Positions 13,551-29,687 are shown, numbered from the stretch's first letter. The stretch is 64,000 bases of DNA from the human T2T-CHM13v2.0 reference genome, Homo sapiens (GCF_009914755.1 NC_060927.1), one strand, 5' to 3'. A program made the numbers and translations. The notes: generated by a model not told the origin, from the sequence alone.

Positions 13551-13554
13551 AAAC

Positions 13555-13850
13555 CTGTCTAGCTTGGTTGACTCTTTTCCTCACATATTTCTCATCCTCA
13601 CTCTGAGTAGTTTAAGTATGTTCTATGAAAACGACAAAAGGACAAAATGGATTAAAAAAATATAAGCCATAATTGCAAGTGCTTTCCAAGTCTCTTCTCC
13701 ATTATATCTGCTATGATTCCACTGTCCACAAAGTCATAAGGCCAAGCCCAGACTTAAGAAGTAGAATAAACTGATTCTCCCAAAGTGAGAAAACACTATA
13801 AAGTTACATGGCAAAGAGATGATGAATAATTGTTGCCAATGATTCAAGTT
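13555..13850. mobile_element. Old MLT1 LTR fragment
   Basis: aagtcataaggccaagcccagactt...aaagttacatggcaaag motifs typical of old MLT1. Confidence 0.5.
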
Positions 13851-13999
13851 AACAAATGGTTGCGGATTATTGTCTAATCATTGCCTTAACTATATCCCTG
13901 TTACCAAGTAGTTTTATTTTTTGAAATTCTGAAATTTATGCATGTATTTTCCCCTTTTAATCAAGAAAAAGTTTAAAGAAAACATATACTCCACGTATA

Positions 14000-16100
14000 T
14001 TATAGGATATATGATATATAGGTATTTTAATTAATAAGTGGAAAGTCATTGTATTTTTTATTTTATAATTAATCTTTAGTTCTATCCTTCTATTAAAGGA
14101 TATAATCTGAATTATTTCTGCTTACTTAATTGAGATTTTATGTGAGCTTATATGACAAGAAATTTTAGCTATTTCACACGTAGTTTAGAAGAAGCTATAA
14201 TTTTTATCATCTACCCATAAAATTTTATTGTTTGTGTTGTTTAGGTTTTCCAGAGCTTTACTTTTCTTCAACCACTTGATTAATCTTGAAATAAGAGCAG
14301 TGGATGAAAATTTTTATTATTTGTAATTTAGTTAATTTCTCCTTACCTAAAAAAATTCTGAATTAAGGAGATTATTGTTGGTTTATTTGTTCTATAGATA
14401 CTCTTAATGTCATATCTTCACTGTGAAATAAAATATTTACTATGATGAACTCCAAATCTTTGTTCAGTTAGCTCCTTTTTTAGTCAAATTCAACCAGGTC
14501 TAATATCAGAATGACAATTCCTGCTGGTTTATTGTATACATTTCTTATCATTTATAATTAATCTTTATAAGTCTCCTCTTCAGAGTAACTTTTATATAGC
14601 ACACAATTTGATTTTGCTATCTAAGTTCATCTAATATTTTTCATCTAATAGGATAGTTAATCCATTTATAGGCATTAATAACATTGAATGATAAGTCTCT
14701 ATTCTGTCATACAATATTGTATTTTTATATGTAATATGCTCATTTGTTGTGTTTATTTTTACTTTCTTTTCTATATGCCTTTATTTTTATTATTATTTTT
14801 TTTTGAGACGGAGTTTCGCTCCGTTGCCCAGGCTAGAGTGCAGTGGTGAGATCTTGGCTCACTGCTACCTCCAACTCCTGGTTTCAAGCAATTCTCCCTC
14901 CTCAGCCTCCCGAGTAGCTTGGAATACAGGCATGTGCCACCACACCCAGCTAATTTTTGTATTTTTTAGTAGAGACGAGGTTTCACCATGTTAGCCAGGA
15001 TGGTCTCAATCTCTTGACCTCATGATCTGCCCACCTTGGTCTCCCAAAGTGCTGGGATTACAGGCGTGAGCCACTGTGCCTGGCTTGTTAATTTTATTTT
15101 AATTTGTTTTGATGTTTAAGAAACTTTTATCTACTTTATAAACTAATAGCTTTAATGAAGCTCTAGTACTCTTTTACTTTCAAATATTTTGTCAGCTTTA
15201 AAAGATATCTTTTGAATATCCTTTAATTCCTCTGTATCGATATAACTTTTTTCATTTTCACTTTTTTCTCAATATTAACAAAATTTTATTTTCAAATATG
15301 CCATAACATATATAATTCACAGAATACTCAAAATATTTATTTCTATGTTGTTGTAGCTTTAAATCTACAGTAAGATATATGTAATACTCATATTCAGTGC
15401 TTTTGTCAAATTTTCCCTCCTCTATATAGTGAATCTTCCCTTCTGGTTGTCTGTAGGGAAAGACTCATGAACACAGTTTGTCTTGAATTCTTACAAGCTT
15501 TAAAATATGTGTTGGATTGCTCATTTTCCTATATTCCTTATATTTGAAGAACAGTGTACTGACTATAAAATCCTTCATTTTCATGTTCTTTCCATGAGTT
15601 TCATAAAAAATATTTATGTACTCACGCATTGATTGCTGAAGGGAAGGCTGAGGATTAATTAATATTCATTTGCTCATAACAGACTTGATTTATTTACTTG
15701 GTTGCCCTAGACCAAAAGATTTTATTTTTATCTTCAACTTCAAATAGTTTTGTTAGTATATGTCTGAGTTGACCATTCTGTGCCAATTTTGGAGTAAGCA
15801 GCAATTTTTTCAAAAATAGTTTTTAGGTACTTATAAGAAATATTTTTTGTCTGCCTTATGGATCCCTTTAGGGCATATTTTATTTCTTGATTTCATTTTA
15901 ATTTCTTCAATTTTTTAATTTATATAACTCAACTCATTTATCATCTCTTAGAAGACTTGTAATTTAGTATCTGTTTCTGATATGATTTAGTCCTTTTTAA
16001 TACTTTTTTCAAATTTATTAACTCATTCCATGTTCAGCTGTTAGGAGTTTGTGCATTTTGCATATCTATAGATGGTTGTTTAAATACATGTAATCTAGAT
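14000..16100 (-). mobile_element. Highly degraded L1M fragments
   Basis: T-rich strand with L1 ORF motifs (atgacaattcctgctgg, gactataaaatcctt, ttgttagtatatgtct). Confidence 0.5.
14780..15085 (-). mobile_element. Alu (AluSc-like)
   Basis: Full-length reverse-complement Alu with ttagccaggatggtctc / gacctcatgatc diagnostics. Confidence 0.95.
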
Positions 16101-18832
16101 TACAGTGTTTTTCTCTGCTCCTAGTTATTCTTTAGAAAGAATTTTCATCCTGGGAGAAATGACTGGCCCCTGAGCTTGAGCAGGAAAAATACAAGGTTAG
16201 CCTGGAATATCTTGCTCACAAGAAAAGAAGTGATCAAAAAATGATGGAAATGTGCAATATACTAGACCTGCTTATACTAGCTTGTGAAAACTAATTGAGC
16301 AAATCAAACTAGTGTTTTCATTCTCCTCTCTTATTTTCTTATTAAGTTAGCTTTATATGGGTGTGTCTACCATTACTGTTTATTTTGTAACACTTCCAAT
16401 TTTTTTGGACTAGCAGTAACAGAATAACTGATAGAATTAATAACTACATTTCTTAGTTCAATAATGTTCTCCTCTGTTGGCAAAATGAAGTAAGGAGGTT
16501 TTTACAATCAATTGTGCCATTTTGAGAAGTTGAATTTGTATTTTTTCTGATTTTTGTAATATTATTCTTTCTACCAGCTACTTCATTTCCACCTTTTGTG
16601 TCCTTCAAACTTCCAAGGGACAGCTCCTCTATTCAAGTAAGCTCAATTTCCCAGAAGCAATGCCTTTCTTAAACTTCAAACTCAACCTCTTCTGATTTCC
16701 CAGTTGCCAATATCTGAACTCCTACATATTAGTCCTATTGCAAGTATTTTCTCATTTAATGTGGTATTATTTTGTGGCAAGTGATTTAATATATATTCCA
16801 TGACTTATAATATCAAGTTTTCAATTAATTATATTTTTGTGTGGTTTCCACCTAACTCTTTCCTGGCATGATGCTTTGCTATTATAAAATATTTCTCTAC
16901 TATCAAAAGGTTTAAGTTATGCATAGTTTAATTTACTATGCATGTTTACTATGTTTAGTTTAAACAATCACCATTGTTTAATATGTACATTTCTTAAAAT
17001 GGGAAGATATATAGTAGCCACCATTATTATAATAAAACTTATTATTCTTTGAAAACCTAAATTTTTGTTTTTGAAATATTGCTATGGCTGAACCTTAAAG
17101 TATGAAATGGAATACTTGGGGAGGAGAAATCCTGAGGGAAAACTAAAAGTTAATAAGTTTTATAATAATTAGATAATCAAAAATAACTGTGGATAGAGCA
17201 TATGGAGATGTCTAAAGTGAGAAAATTCAGGTAAAAGAAAACCAAGACCATTCAATTCTTTGCTGGCTTGGAATTAAAAATTAATGAAATGATGCAGTTT
17301 AAAAGGATATTTTGATATGAGATCCTGATTATTAATCTATCTGGAATATCAGGTCATGGATACTACCTGTCTCAATCCTATCTGTGCACAATTGGTAAAT
17401 GGGAAACTTAAGCCACATTAAAAAAAAAAACTTCATTTTTATTATATGCCTCATATACAGTTCTATGTCAAAACTAGGAATAAAATAATATTTTTAAAAG
17501 TACGTATGATTATTACTATGAATTTGTAAATGAAAGAATTATTGCTTAGAAAGCTTATATTTTAAATATTATCCACATGGCTAAATTGATAATAAATGGT
17601 GAAGAAATTATTCAAAGTTATGTCTCAGCACAATTTTACTTTTAAAGATAAATTAAAATACTAGCAAATAAACAAATACTTTGCTTCATACAAGTCACAG
17701 ATAATAGTAAAGCCAGTAAACCTGAATTTATAACTTTCTTTGTAGGAATCTCCCCATCTAAATTGGAAAAAGCATTTTGAGAGGTAAATCACAGCATCTT
17801 GACATTTTAGTGACTGTCCATAGTATTCTTTCCCCCAATCAAAAGATGTCAAAATGGGTTTCACCACAGGAAATAGATTAGTTGATTAGGTCAAACAAGG
17901 TGTAGGCAATTCCTGTTTTACAATAAAAGAAAACACTGTTATTTTCTTAACTTAAGTGGATATTGACTTTTACTATAGAGAAGATCAAGATTTATTATCT
18001 CAAATGATAGTCAACAGACTGGCTGACAACTATTGACTTGGGGGAAATCACAGCAGGCCACTGAACCACCAGTGAACCTGAAGAGAGATCTTTTGTGTCT
18101 CGCACAGCAGGACAAGGCCAATCTTACATCAAGAAGATAGGCCTTGCTAGCAACAAGGAACATTAAAATATGTCTTTCCGTTTATTTGGTTTGTGATGTT
18201 CCTTCAATATCTTAGTACTTTTAAGGCTGAGAGCAGTTAATTGTAGAATTGGAGAGTTAGAGATGAAAATATCTATAGCAGTATGAGAATCTTAAACCCT
18301 TAAAAAAAAGTCTAATTATTTACTCAAAATGACCTTAGTGAATACTGATATTAGATTACTAAAAATAAATCTAATTTTTAAAGTCATAAAATTCACTTAT
18401 CAACCTTTTAAGAGAGTTCAATTTCTAATAAATATATACCATTTTATAAAAATATTATCACATAAAGCGTTATTAAAAATCTGTACCTTTGTTTACAAAT
18501 GGTATCTTAACAGTTTACTTATATTTTAATCCAAAATGCTGCTGGAGAAAGAATAAAAGGTACAAACATTTGAATTTGTTTTGGTTGTCTGGCATCCTGT
18601 GGATAAAAGACCTGACAAGTTTAGATAAAAAACAAGTCCCGATCAAGCTAGATTGAGTAAACACTTTGCAGTCTATCCTAATTTGTGTTAAGATGGAAAC
18701 GCAGCATTCCTACTACTGAAAGAAGGCAAAAAATCAAACCCTAAAATACCAGGCAATAATCCATAGACGTTAGGGCAAACATGTAAAACAAATAAGTAAG
18801 CATAAAATGCGGGCAGTGTAAAATAAGATAAA

Positions 18833-19750
<918 letters not shown>

Positions 19751-20184
19751 AAAAAAAAAAAAAAAAAAAAAAGGCGGGGGGAAAGGAAGGCTAAAGATAT
19801 TGCTATGTTAATAAATATAAATAATTTAAATTCCCCGATAATAGACAAATATTATTGATGTTTACTTGCATGAACAAATAACAATGTCACAACTAAATTA
19901 AAACAATAAAAGTAAGAACAACGGCATTAACAAAAAAGGATAGAAAAAAGTCAGATAAACCAAAAAGGAAATAGTAGTAGTAAACATACTAGTCTTACAC
20001 ACAGTAAAACTAAAGACAAAAGGCCACAAAGGTGAAAAAAGTATAATTTAATAACTACAAAAAAGTCACCTACAAGGCAGATATAATAGTCAATTACTAG
20101 TATACACTAGTAACATTATATACATATCATTTATATGTACATACTCCATACATACATAATTCATGTATAAACTCTTTACTTTCT

Positions 20185-20492
20185 GTAGAGAGTATGGCAG
20201 ATTTCCCCTCAAAGGGCCAGACAACTTCTGTTGCAAGCACTCAATTCTGCTGTTGTAGTTTGAAAGCAGCCAGAGATAATATGTAAAGGAATGATTTTTC
20301 AAAAAAAAAATTATTTCTGGACCCTAAAATTTAAATCACAAATGATTTTCACCTTACTAAGCTTTAGTCTTCTTATTTTTATTCAATCATTTAAACAATT
20401 TAGAAAACAACATTCCTAACTTGTGGAGAATTAAAAAAAAAAAATAGGTAATGTTCTTAGTTTGGTTTTGGCTATAGTTGCAAACTGCAGAA
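20185..20492 (+). mobile_element. MER58 (hAT-Charlie) element
   Basis: aaagggccaga...actcaattctgctgttgtagtttgaaagcagcca...gctatagttgcaaac. Confidence 0.7.
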
Positions 20493-20641
20493 CTAAACTT
20501 TTCTTATTCCAGAATCAAACATATGAGGACTAAGAGTAATCTCTTGATTTCTAACTCACAATAAAAATTCTCATTATATGAAAACATGAACAAAATAATT
20601 TCAGTTAGAAAAGGATGTCATGTATATATGGTTAAAATATA

Positions 20642-21682
20642 TAGATAGTCCTCATTTTACACAGTTTTGATATTTCGTTAAATAACACCAGTTTTCCAAA
20701 AATGGTTCAAATTTCTATTACCATGATATAATAACTTTGAGAAGTATATAAATAAACAATTTTCACTGCTAATCTTCAGTCCACTAATCACTAAGTAAAT
20801 AACAGAAGCTTATTATATTCAGTGATCTATTCTTTCATTTAAAAAACAATTTTTCTTTGGTTGGCCACTGTGCATTTGTTGGTTTATATACAGACAGTTA
20901 AGCATGTAGTTGTGTTGCCTGCTTATCTCCCAGTGATAAATTCATGTGACATTTTACAAAAGTGGATAATCAGAAGAGAGAATTGGCCAATAAATTTAAA
21001 GTACAGCAAGTAAACGAAAAGTGATAATGCTGAAGGTGAAATTTGAGTCTAATATAAATTGAGTTGTATGAGAAATAGCAGACCATAGGAATGATGAAAC
21101 ACACTGTTCAAGAGACTCGAGATACACAGCTGGAGGAGCTCAGTGAGACAGGCATTCACACAGGTGAGAAAATGGTTGTGACAATGATGAAGAACTCCTA
21201 GAGGAACTGATGTTGGTTAAAAAAACAACAACAACAAAAAAAAACAAAAAAAAACTTCACACTAAGGAATTTTTAAAGATATTTTATAATATTAAAAATG
21301 TGAAGAATAAAATATTGGAAGTAGATCTAAATTTATAAAGAAGTATGGCATAGGAAAAACGCTCCATGTTGCAAGGTACACAATGGGAGGAGGGCAAAAC
21401 CTTGTTCAAATTACTTTTCCAATTTTTTATAAGGACATAAAATACTTAATTCTCAATGTTTCTCATGTTTAAAATACATTATACTAATTATTAGTTGTAC
21501 TAATTTTTCTTTTTCCTATACGTTTATAACTGACAATGAGAGAGTTTCTGTTTGACAAAAATGTTTAATGATTATAGAACAATTGCAATTTTTTCCATTA
21601 ACTATTTGGATTACTTTGCACAATTTAGTAGGTATGGTCATTTTAACAGTCTCATAGTAATAGGAAAAGTGTAAACTGCCTT
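20642..21682 (+). mobile_element. Non-autonomous TcMar-Tigger element (Tigger6-like, about 1 kb)
   Basis: Starts tagatagtcctc; carries a transposase N-terminal remnant (gataatcagaagagagaattggcc...aaacgaaaagtgataatgctgaaggtg); subfamily uncertain. Confidence 0.7.
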
Positions 21683-22599
21683 TATTTATATACATGTATG
21701 TGTTTGTGGTGTGTAAGTGTGTATGTGCATTCATATGTGTATGTTTCTATTATAGGATCATTTATCATAACTCTGTCTTTGGGAGATCAACTTGTCAAAA
21801 ATAAAAGATAAAAAGAAATATATCTATATATAAAGTGAATAAAATAGTAAGACTGAATTGTTGCCTATAAATCTCTATACTTTATATAAGGACACACTTT
21901 CTTCTTAAGTATATAGAAAACATTTCCAAAGTTGATCATATGTTAGAACACTGAAACAACAGCAACATTTTTAAACACATTCACATCCCATAGAGCACTT
22001 TAAAAAGTTTAGAGATTATCAATTCAAAGTCCCAAGGGGTACGTAGGGTGGGTAATCAATGAATGAGCCAGGAACCCAAGAAAATATAAAGAGAAGCATT
22101 TTACCAAAATGTATAACATACCCTGCAAAGTAAATCAGCTTCTACAAAGCTTCAGATATAAATGCCATGGAGAAAATTGGTGAACTCATGATTTCCATTA
22201 AAGCAGGAAATCCAGGTTTTGAGGAGACATACCCAATTTTAAAAGCTCGATTTTAAATTATTTGTTGATAAAATTAAATAGCAGAAGGGGGAAGGTAACA
22301 ACAGAGAGTAGTTATCCTGTTGTTGATATAGGGAACCCAAACTCATCTTCTGATAGGTACTGTTGTTTAGTGAAGCGCTAGAACTTCTGTGACCACTTCA
22401 AGGCAGCAGCGTGTCAGGGAAACTTCATACTAAGTGAATCAAATGTTCAAACTAGTTCGTAAACAAGATTCATAGCATGGTACATAAACCTGTTAATCCC
22501 AGTCCTAAGTACAAAAAGCTGGGTTGTATATACAATTACTAACAATTAATTTTCTATGAGACGCCTGTTCCACATTTTAAAAGGTAATAAGCAGGAATA

Positions 22600-23130
<531 letters not shown>

Positions 23131-23269
23131 CCAAATAAACGTGGAATTTTAGATTGATTATTATAGCAGTGTGAAAGTTGGATAAAATTGAGGCATGGCT
23201 AAAACAACAGAGGTCAGGACCCTTTCAAAGTTATCTTAAGAGGGATTTACCATGCAAGGTGAGGCAAAC

Positions 23270-24430
23270 ATAGAGCTGACTTATTTTTCAAATGTTTGAG
23301 AGATAAATTAACAACATTTGGGGGTGGGACACTTAAGGAGTTTGAGCAATGTGAAGATAAACTTCATGTTTCTGACTTGAATGACTCATGACACTAACTG
23401 CGTGTAAAGCAGTTAAGTTTTGAGGAGTAAAATGGATCTGTTTGTGGACAGCTTGTATTGGTTTATTGAGCACAAGACAGTTCAATCTGAAAATAAATTT
23501 GGGAACAATCCATATACTTATATAAAACAATGGAATATAATTGGAGTGGATGAGATCACCCTGTGTTTTTTTAGAGAAAAACAGCAATAACCACTGAAAA
23601 TACATTTGAGAATACAATATTTCATAGGTTGAAATAAAGATAGAACTCATTATGAAGATTAAGAAGGGAGGATAAAATAGGAGAACTAGGCGCAAAGAAT
23701 ATGATGGAAACAGGGGAAACATATTTCCAGGGGGAAAGCATGGTTATCAATGTCATAGGATGCAGAAATATTCAAGAAGATAAAAATGGAGAAGTAGTCA
23801 ATACTAGTGTTGATGAATTCATGACAACAGAAGTCAAACTGCAGTGCATTTGAGGCATGAATTAAAATTGAGAAACAGCACTAATCTTGCAAAATAAAGA
23901 GAGGTAGGGAGAGTGGTAGAGCAGAGTCTAAAGAAGAGCACATGCATGAATAGTCAAAATAGAGTTTACAAAGAAGGAGACCTAAACCTGTTATAAGTAG
24001 AGGTAAAGGACAAGTAGAGAAGGGAATCTGATGATGGAGACAAGACACATGATAATTGATCAGGCAAGATCCTAGAAGAAATGCAGTGAAGAAGAGATTA
24101 AGATTCATGTGGATGAATTGGATTGGATTAGGATAATGAACCTCTCTTTTCCTGACACTAAAAAAGATTAAGACAGGGACTAAATTATATAAATTTTTAT
24201 TTGAGAGAAGATAATTGGGATGTTGAATCATTCATTCTTGATAGGTTGATTTTTAAGTGAAGTAGAATGCAAGGTTTTTCTTTGCATTGCGAGTGAAGAC
24301 TGTGAGGATGAGTAGAGCCTTGACTAGAGTAATTGTTGGAAATGTGAATGAGGAGCTTACTAACAATAATTTTAAAAACTGTCAAAAGGTCTTGAATACC
24401 AAACTGAGATTATAGAACAGAAATTTAGGA
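23270..24430 (-). mobile_element. L2 fragments
   Basis: Purine-rich reverse-complement L2 motifs (gtttctgacttga, ggatgagatcacc). Confidence 0.6.
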
Positions 24431-24509
24431 AATATTTCTCCCTTTGAAGAAAATGAAAATCTCGTTATGTATCTGTTGACTGTCAACCAATTCAGCCATA
24501 GAAAATCTA

Positions 24510-27160
24510 TAATTGACCCTTAAATAACACAGGTTTTAGCTGCACAGGTCTACATATATGTGAATTTTTTTCAGTAAATATATTAGAAATGTTTGTGCAA
24601 ATTTGCAATTTGAAAAAACTCACAGAAAAGCCATGTAGCCAAGAAATAGTGAAAAAAATAAGGAAAAGTTTTTTCTCTCATGAATATATAAACTATACAT
24701 AGCTACTAGTCTATTTTATCTTTTACTGTCATAAAATATACACAAATCTGTTACAAAAACTTAAAGTTTATCAAAATTTTTGCACATAAACACAGACCAT
24801 AATGGTGCTATTCATGATCAAAAGGAATGTAAACACAATAATACAATACTACATTGTAACTATACGATTACTGTAGAACATACTGTACTACCGTAATAAT
24901 TTTGCAGCCCTCTTGTGTTGTTATTGAGTTAAGCTCAAATGTTGCAAGCATCCACTTAAAACACCTAGAGATGCTAGTCATCATCTCATAGGCAGGTCAT
25001 CTCTCCAGTTAATTGCATATTGCAATACAAAGTGATCTCTCATGGTTCTCACATATTTTTTACCATGTTTAGTGCAATATTGTGAACCATCAATAGCACA
25101 ATGGGATCTATTTGAAGTGCCACTAGTGATGCTGGAAGTGCTCCTAAGAAGTGGAGAAAAGTCATGACATTATGAGAAAAACTTGAATTGCTTCTAACAT
25201 AGATTGAGGTCTGAAGTGGTCGTTGCCCACTTTTTTCATATAAATAAATCAAGCATAGGGACCATGTAAAAAAATAGAAATAAATTATTCATAGAACCAT
25301 TGTTGCAGCTACAGCAGCATGGGTAAATAAATACCTTGCACATTTTATGAAATACCTTTTAATATCTCATATTGAAAATTCAGCTTTTATAAAGATATAT
25401 AATTTCTGTAAGAAAGACACACCTACAGACTAATAATTTGAGAGAAAGTGAAGTCATTATATGGCAAATTCAAGCAAAATGTAGGCAAAGAATCTAAGCC
25501 AAAAAATTTAATGCCAACGAAGGGTGGTTTGATGATTTTATAAAGAGTATCTTAAAAAATATCAAGATAACAGAAGAAGTACCTTCTACCAACTAAGAGG
25601 TAGCAAAGTTCCCAGATGCTATTAAGAAAATTATTAAAGATAAAGGATATCTGCCTGAACAGGGTTTTAATGCAGATTAATATATCTATTCTTGAAAAAA
25701 GTTATGCCACTATGGAAACTTATTAGTAAGGAAGAAAAACAAGTGTAAAGATTTGAGGTGGGAAAGGATAGGATAACTTTATAATTTTGTGCATATATGG
25801 TTGGGTTTATGATGGAGACTGCCTCTATATATAAAACTATTAATCCCCAAGCTTGAAGGGAAAAGATTAACATTAATTGATAGTCTTTGAGTTGTACAAC
25901 AAGAAAACCTGGACAATAAAAATTCTTTTTCTTGATTTGTTGCAGAGGTGCTTTGTTCCTGAAGTCAGGAAGCACCTTGCAAGTAAAGGATGAATTTTAA
26001 AGATTTTTTGATTTTGGACAATATCCCTGGCCACCCAGAACCTCCTGAGTTCAACATTGTAAGTGTTAAAGTGTCTAATTTATTCCAAAAACAATGTCCC
26101 TAATTCAGTTTCTAGATCAGTGCCTAATCACCATGTTTAAAGTTCATTACACAAAGTATTCTATGAAAAAAGTTGTCAATGCTGTGGAAAAGAACTCTGA
26201 TAGAGAAAACATTATGAAACTGGAAGGACTACACTATTGAAGGTGCTGTCATTGTTGTAGAAAAAAGTCATGAAAGCCATTTAGCCCAAAACACTAAATT
26301 TCTGCTGGAGAAAACTGTGTCCAGATATGGTGCATCTAGATTTATGACAGAGCCAATTAAGGAAATCATGAGAGACTCTGAGTATGGAGAAAGTGAGGCA
26401 GCTGGGTCAAGAGTTTCAAGATCCTGGAGAAATTAAAGAGCTAATAGAGCCCACACGAGAGGAATTAACAGAAGCTGTCTTCATGGAAATGGGTGCTTTC
26501 AAACCAGTGCCAGATTATGAGAAAGAAGACATTGAAGAAGCAGTGTCAGAAAACAAAAGGACGTTAGAGAATCTGGCCAAAGTGTTTTTATTATTCAAAA
26601 CTGCTTTTGACTTATTTTACAACCTAGACTCTTCCATAATATAGGCAGTAAAACTAAAGCAAACTCTGGAAGAAGGACTGGTGCCATATCGAAACATTTT
26701 TAGAGAAATGAAATAGCTAAAAGGTCAGACAGAAATTACAACATGTTTTTGTAAAGTTATAACAAATGTGCCTGCCTCTTCTGCCTCCCTTTCCACCTCC
26801 TCCATCTCTTCTGTCTCTGTCATCCTGAGACAGCAAGACCAAGCCCTTCTCTTCCTACTCAAGGTGAAGATGACAAGGCCAAAAACTACTTCCGCTTAAT
26901 AATAGTAAATATATTTTCTTTTTCTTATGATTTTCTTAATAACATTTTATTTTCCCTAGCTTACTTTATTCTGAGAATACAGTAAATTATACATATGGCA
27001 TACAAAATATGTTTTAAATGACAATGTATGTTGGTAAGGCTTCCAGTCAACAGTAGGCTTAGCAGTTAAGTTTTTGAACGTCAAAAATTTTACGCACATT
27101 TTCAACTGCAAGAGTAGGAGGATGGAACACTTAACTCTTACATTGTTCAAGGGTCAGCTG
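24510..27160 (+). mobile_element. Near full-length Tigger2 DNA transposon (about 2.65 kb)
   Basis: TA-flanked inverted termini taattgacccttaaataa / ttgttcaagggtcagctg; internal transposase remnant. Confidence 0.93.
25101..26715 (+). pseudogene. Disrupted Tigger2 pogo-family transposase
   Basis: MGSI*SATSDAGSAPKKWRKVMTL start; catalytic-region motifs FNAD, ILDNIPGHP, LIQFLDQ; many stops and frameshifts; ORF 26384-26644 is a C-terminal piece. Confidence 0.85.
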
Positions 27161-28253
27161 TACTTAAAGGAAAATAAAATGTTTAAATGATGTGCAGAAT
27201 AATTTCCTTTAAAAGATTTGAAGAGTGTTTACTGAAATTGCCTTTTTGATATCAAAGTTTTGTTTGACAAATGTTATAAATTTTAAAGGGCTCTTGAATG
27301 TAGAAGTCATTTCCTTCTTAAATACCATTGGTGCTATGTGAACTGGTTGAAATAGGCATAGGATCAATCCTCTGCTTCTCATTCTCTGCTGACCCAACCC
27401 TTCCCTTACTGCACCTGACAATCTTTAGGAGAGGAGCAAATTATTTTAATTATTATTTCCCATGCATTTTTAGAAAAAAATATTTTTAGGAGTTTCTAAG
27501 GGAGAAATGTATAAACTGATTCTGACAAATATTCAGTGAGTATAGATGATGAGTGTCACAGCACCCTCCTTTCTCCTTCCTTGTGTATGCTTTATGTTTA
27601 AGGAGGCTTCAGTTGCTTAGGATTAATTTAATAAATATTTATTCAACTGTGACTGAATTCAAAGTTCTCAGCTTGATCCAGTGAATATGTGAAATACAAA
27701 AACCAACCAATAAACAATTTGAAAAACTAGGTTTCTAACATAAGTGAGCTCAAATCTTGGTACTTATATATTTCTTCAAAATAGTGTTGGAAAAGGAGTA
27801 AAAATTGAATTAGAAAGGGTTCTAAAGCTCTCAAGGGATTAGAACAGGCTCGCTTGGAAAAGTAAGAACCAAATGGGTGTGGCTATCTAAATGAAAGTAA
27901 GGAAGGGAAGAAAGAATATGAGATGACAGAGGAAGAGGTAAATGTAATGGCTTGGAGGAAGAAAGACTGTGGTTCTCAAACATTGTGCATTTGAAAAATT
28001 AAGAAAATTTTCATATGACTGGAACATGAAAATGTATGTAGAAGGGGAAGTTGCTATCTGTTGTTTAGAGAAGGGGTCAGATCTAGTTAGGTCACAATAT
28101 ATGACATAGATTAAGAGCCTGATCCAAAAATTCATTTGAAAGTTTGAGAGGTTATGGAGGGCTGAACTTGAGCAGTAGTTATGGAGACATGATGAAATGA
28201 AAATATTAGAGAGATGGGACTTGGTACCTATATCAATATAGGAAAGGGGGACT

Positions 28254-28278
28254 GGGAGTGGAGTGGAGTGGAGTGGAG
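28254..28278. repeat. (GGAGT)n microsatellite
   Basis: gggagtggagtggagtggagtggag. Confidence 0.9.
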
Positions 28279-29687
28279 GTGGAGAAAAATAATGACAGGA
28301 TTTGAGCAGAGCTGGTGAGAAAGGTAATTTTCCAATTGATGAAAGCCTAGAAATACTGTTAAATGACTACTATCTATTGTAATGGGGCTGCTATTTTTAA
28401 GTATAAAATTCAGAGTCAGGGGATTAGAGCATATTCTCACATAACAAAGGCTTAAACCACATGTATACATATATATTTGACTATTATTATGTTCGAGGTG
28501 GTAAATTCTTAACAAGAATCATGCTTATCTTATTTCAAAGGAACTTCCATGGGTAGTTTCTATAAATTTCAGTTTTGGTCATTTCTTCACTATTTTTATT
28601 TTCTTTTTCATGTGTTTTTCTCTATGATTTTATTCTTCACCATTGTATTTTAACATATTGGTAAAATATCTTAGCATATGAGAAAGGTAGTACTGAATGT
28701 ACCTGTTAATTCTCACCTTTTAAAAATATTGACTGCAATTAATAAGGCTTCTAGCCTTGCCTTCCCTGTGCATAATCAAAAAAGCTTAAAATATTGGCTA
28801 ATTACAGCACCGGTAAAACTATCAATACTCAGAATTTGTAGCACAACTGTTCCCTAGCTAGGATAGAAAAAAAACTTTTCACCAAAACTCATTTTACACA
28901 ATTAACTAGTTGCTTTATTGATTCCTTCTTCTCTATGGTTATTGAATAAGTTGCTGAATGAATCATACTTTTAAAATAAAAAGTCACTATTTTCTTTAGA
29001 AAAAAGTTATTATGGAATCCTAGAAACTAATAAAATGAGCAAAGAATAAATTTAATGTTAATTATAATGTATTTTTAAACTGACTGCATTAATTAAATAA
29101 ATTATATGCATATATATGATCTTTATGGTTCCTAGAATTACTATTAAATTATATCATAGTAGAAACAGTTTTGATTACTATATTCTCTTTTAAGTTAAAA
29201 AATTACTTGAAACGTAGAATATTATTGTGAATAAATGTTTTTATTGTTATAATGTGTTGGGATAACATTGCTCAAAAATAAATTTAAAATATTTTTGCTT
29301 CTTAAACTACAAAGTTAGTCAGCTAGGACATGTCCAATTATTCACAAGGAAATAGAATGATTAGTTGAAGATTGTTGAGAAATATACCTAAATCTAAAGA
29401 GAAAAATTAAAACTTAGAAAGGATGTACTGAAGAAGAAACAAAAAGAATTTTTTTCAGAAGGTAATTTGGTTTAGAAAAATATTAAAGATCTAAGAAAAA
29501 ACAACTAGAGGTGTTTTTTTAGATCATATAAAATAAGAAATTAACAATGGTGGTTTAAAAATAGTGACTCTCATCTATGAGCAGCGCAGAATACTGAAAT
29601 GGTTATTGCTAACCTGTTGAGAATTTAATGAAATATACATATCCTTTAGCAAAGAGGCCACAATAAATCTAATTTTTTTAAAATGCC

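Noticed and set aside
23333-24385. Minus-strand ORFs of 62-129 aa
   Set aside because: Lie in degraded L2; low-complexity F/L/I/S composition expected from the T-rich strand.
29345-29467. Purine-rich stretch ending in AAG|GTAATT resembling a decayed exon
   Set aside because: Stops in all three frames, weak acceptor and no recognisable homology.
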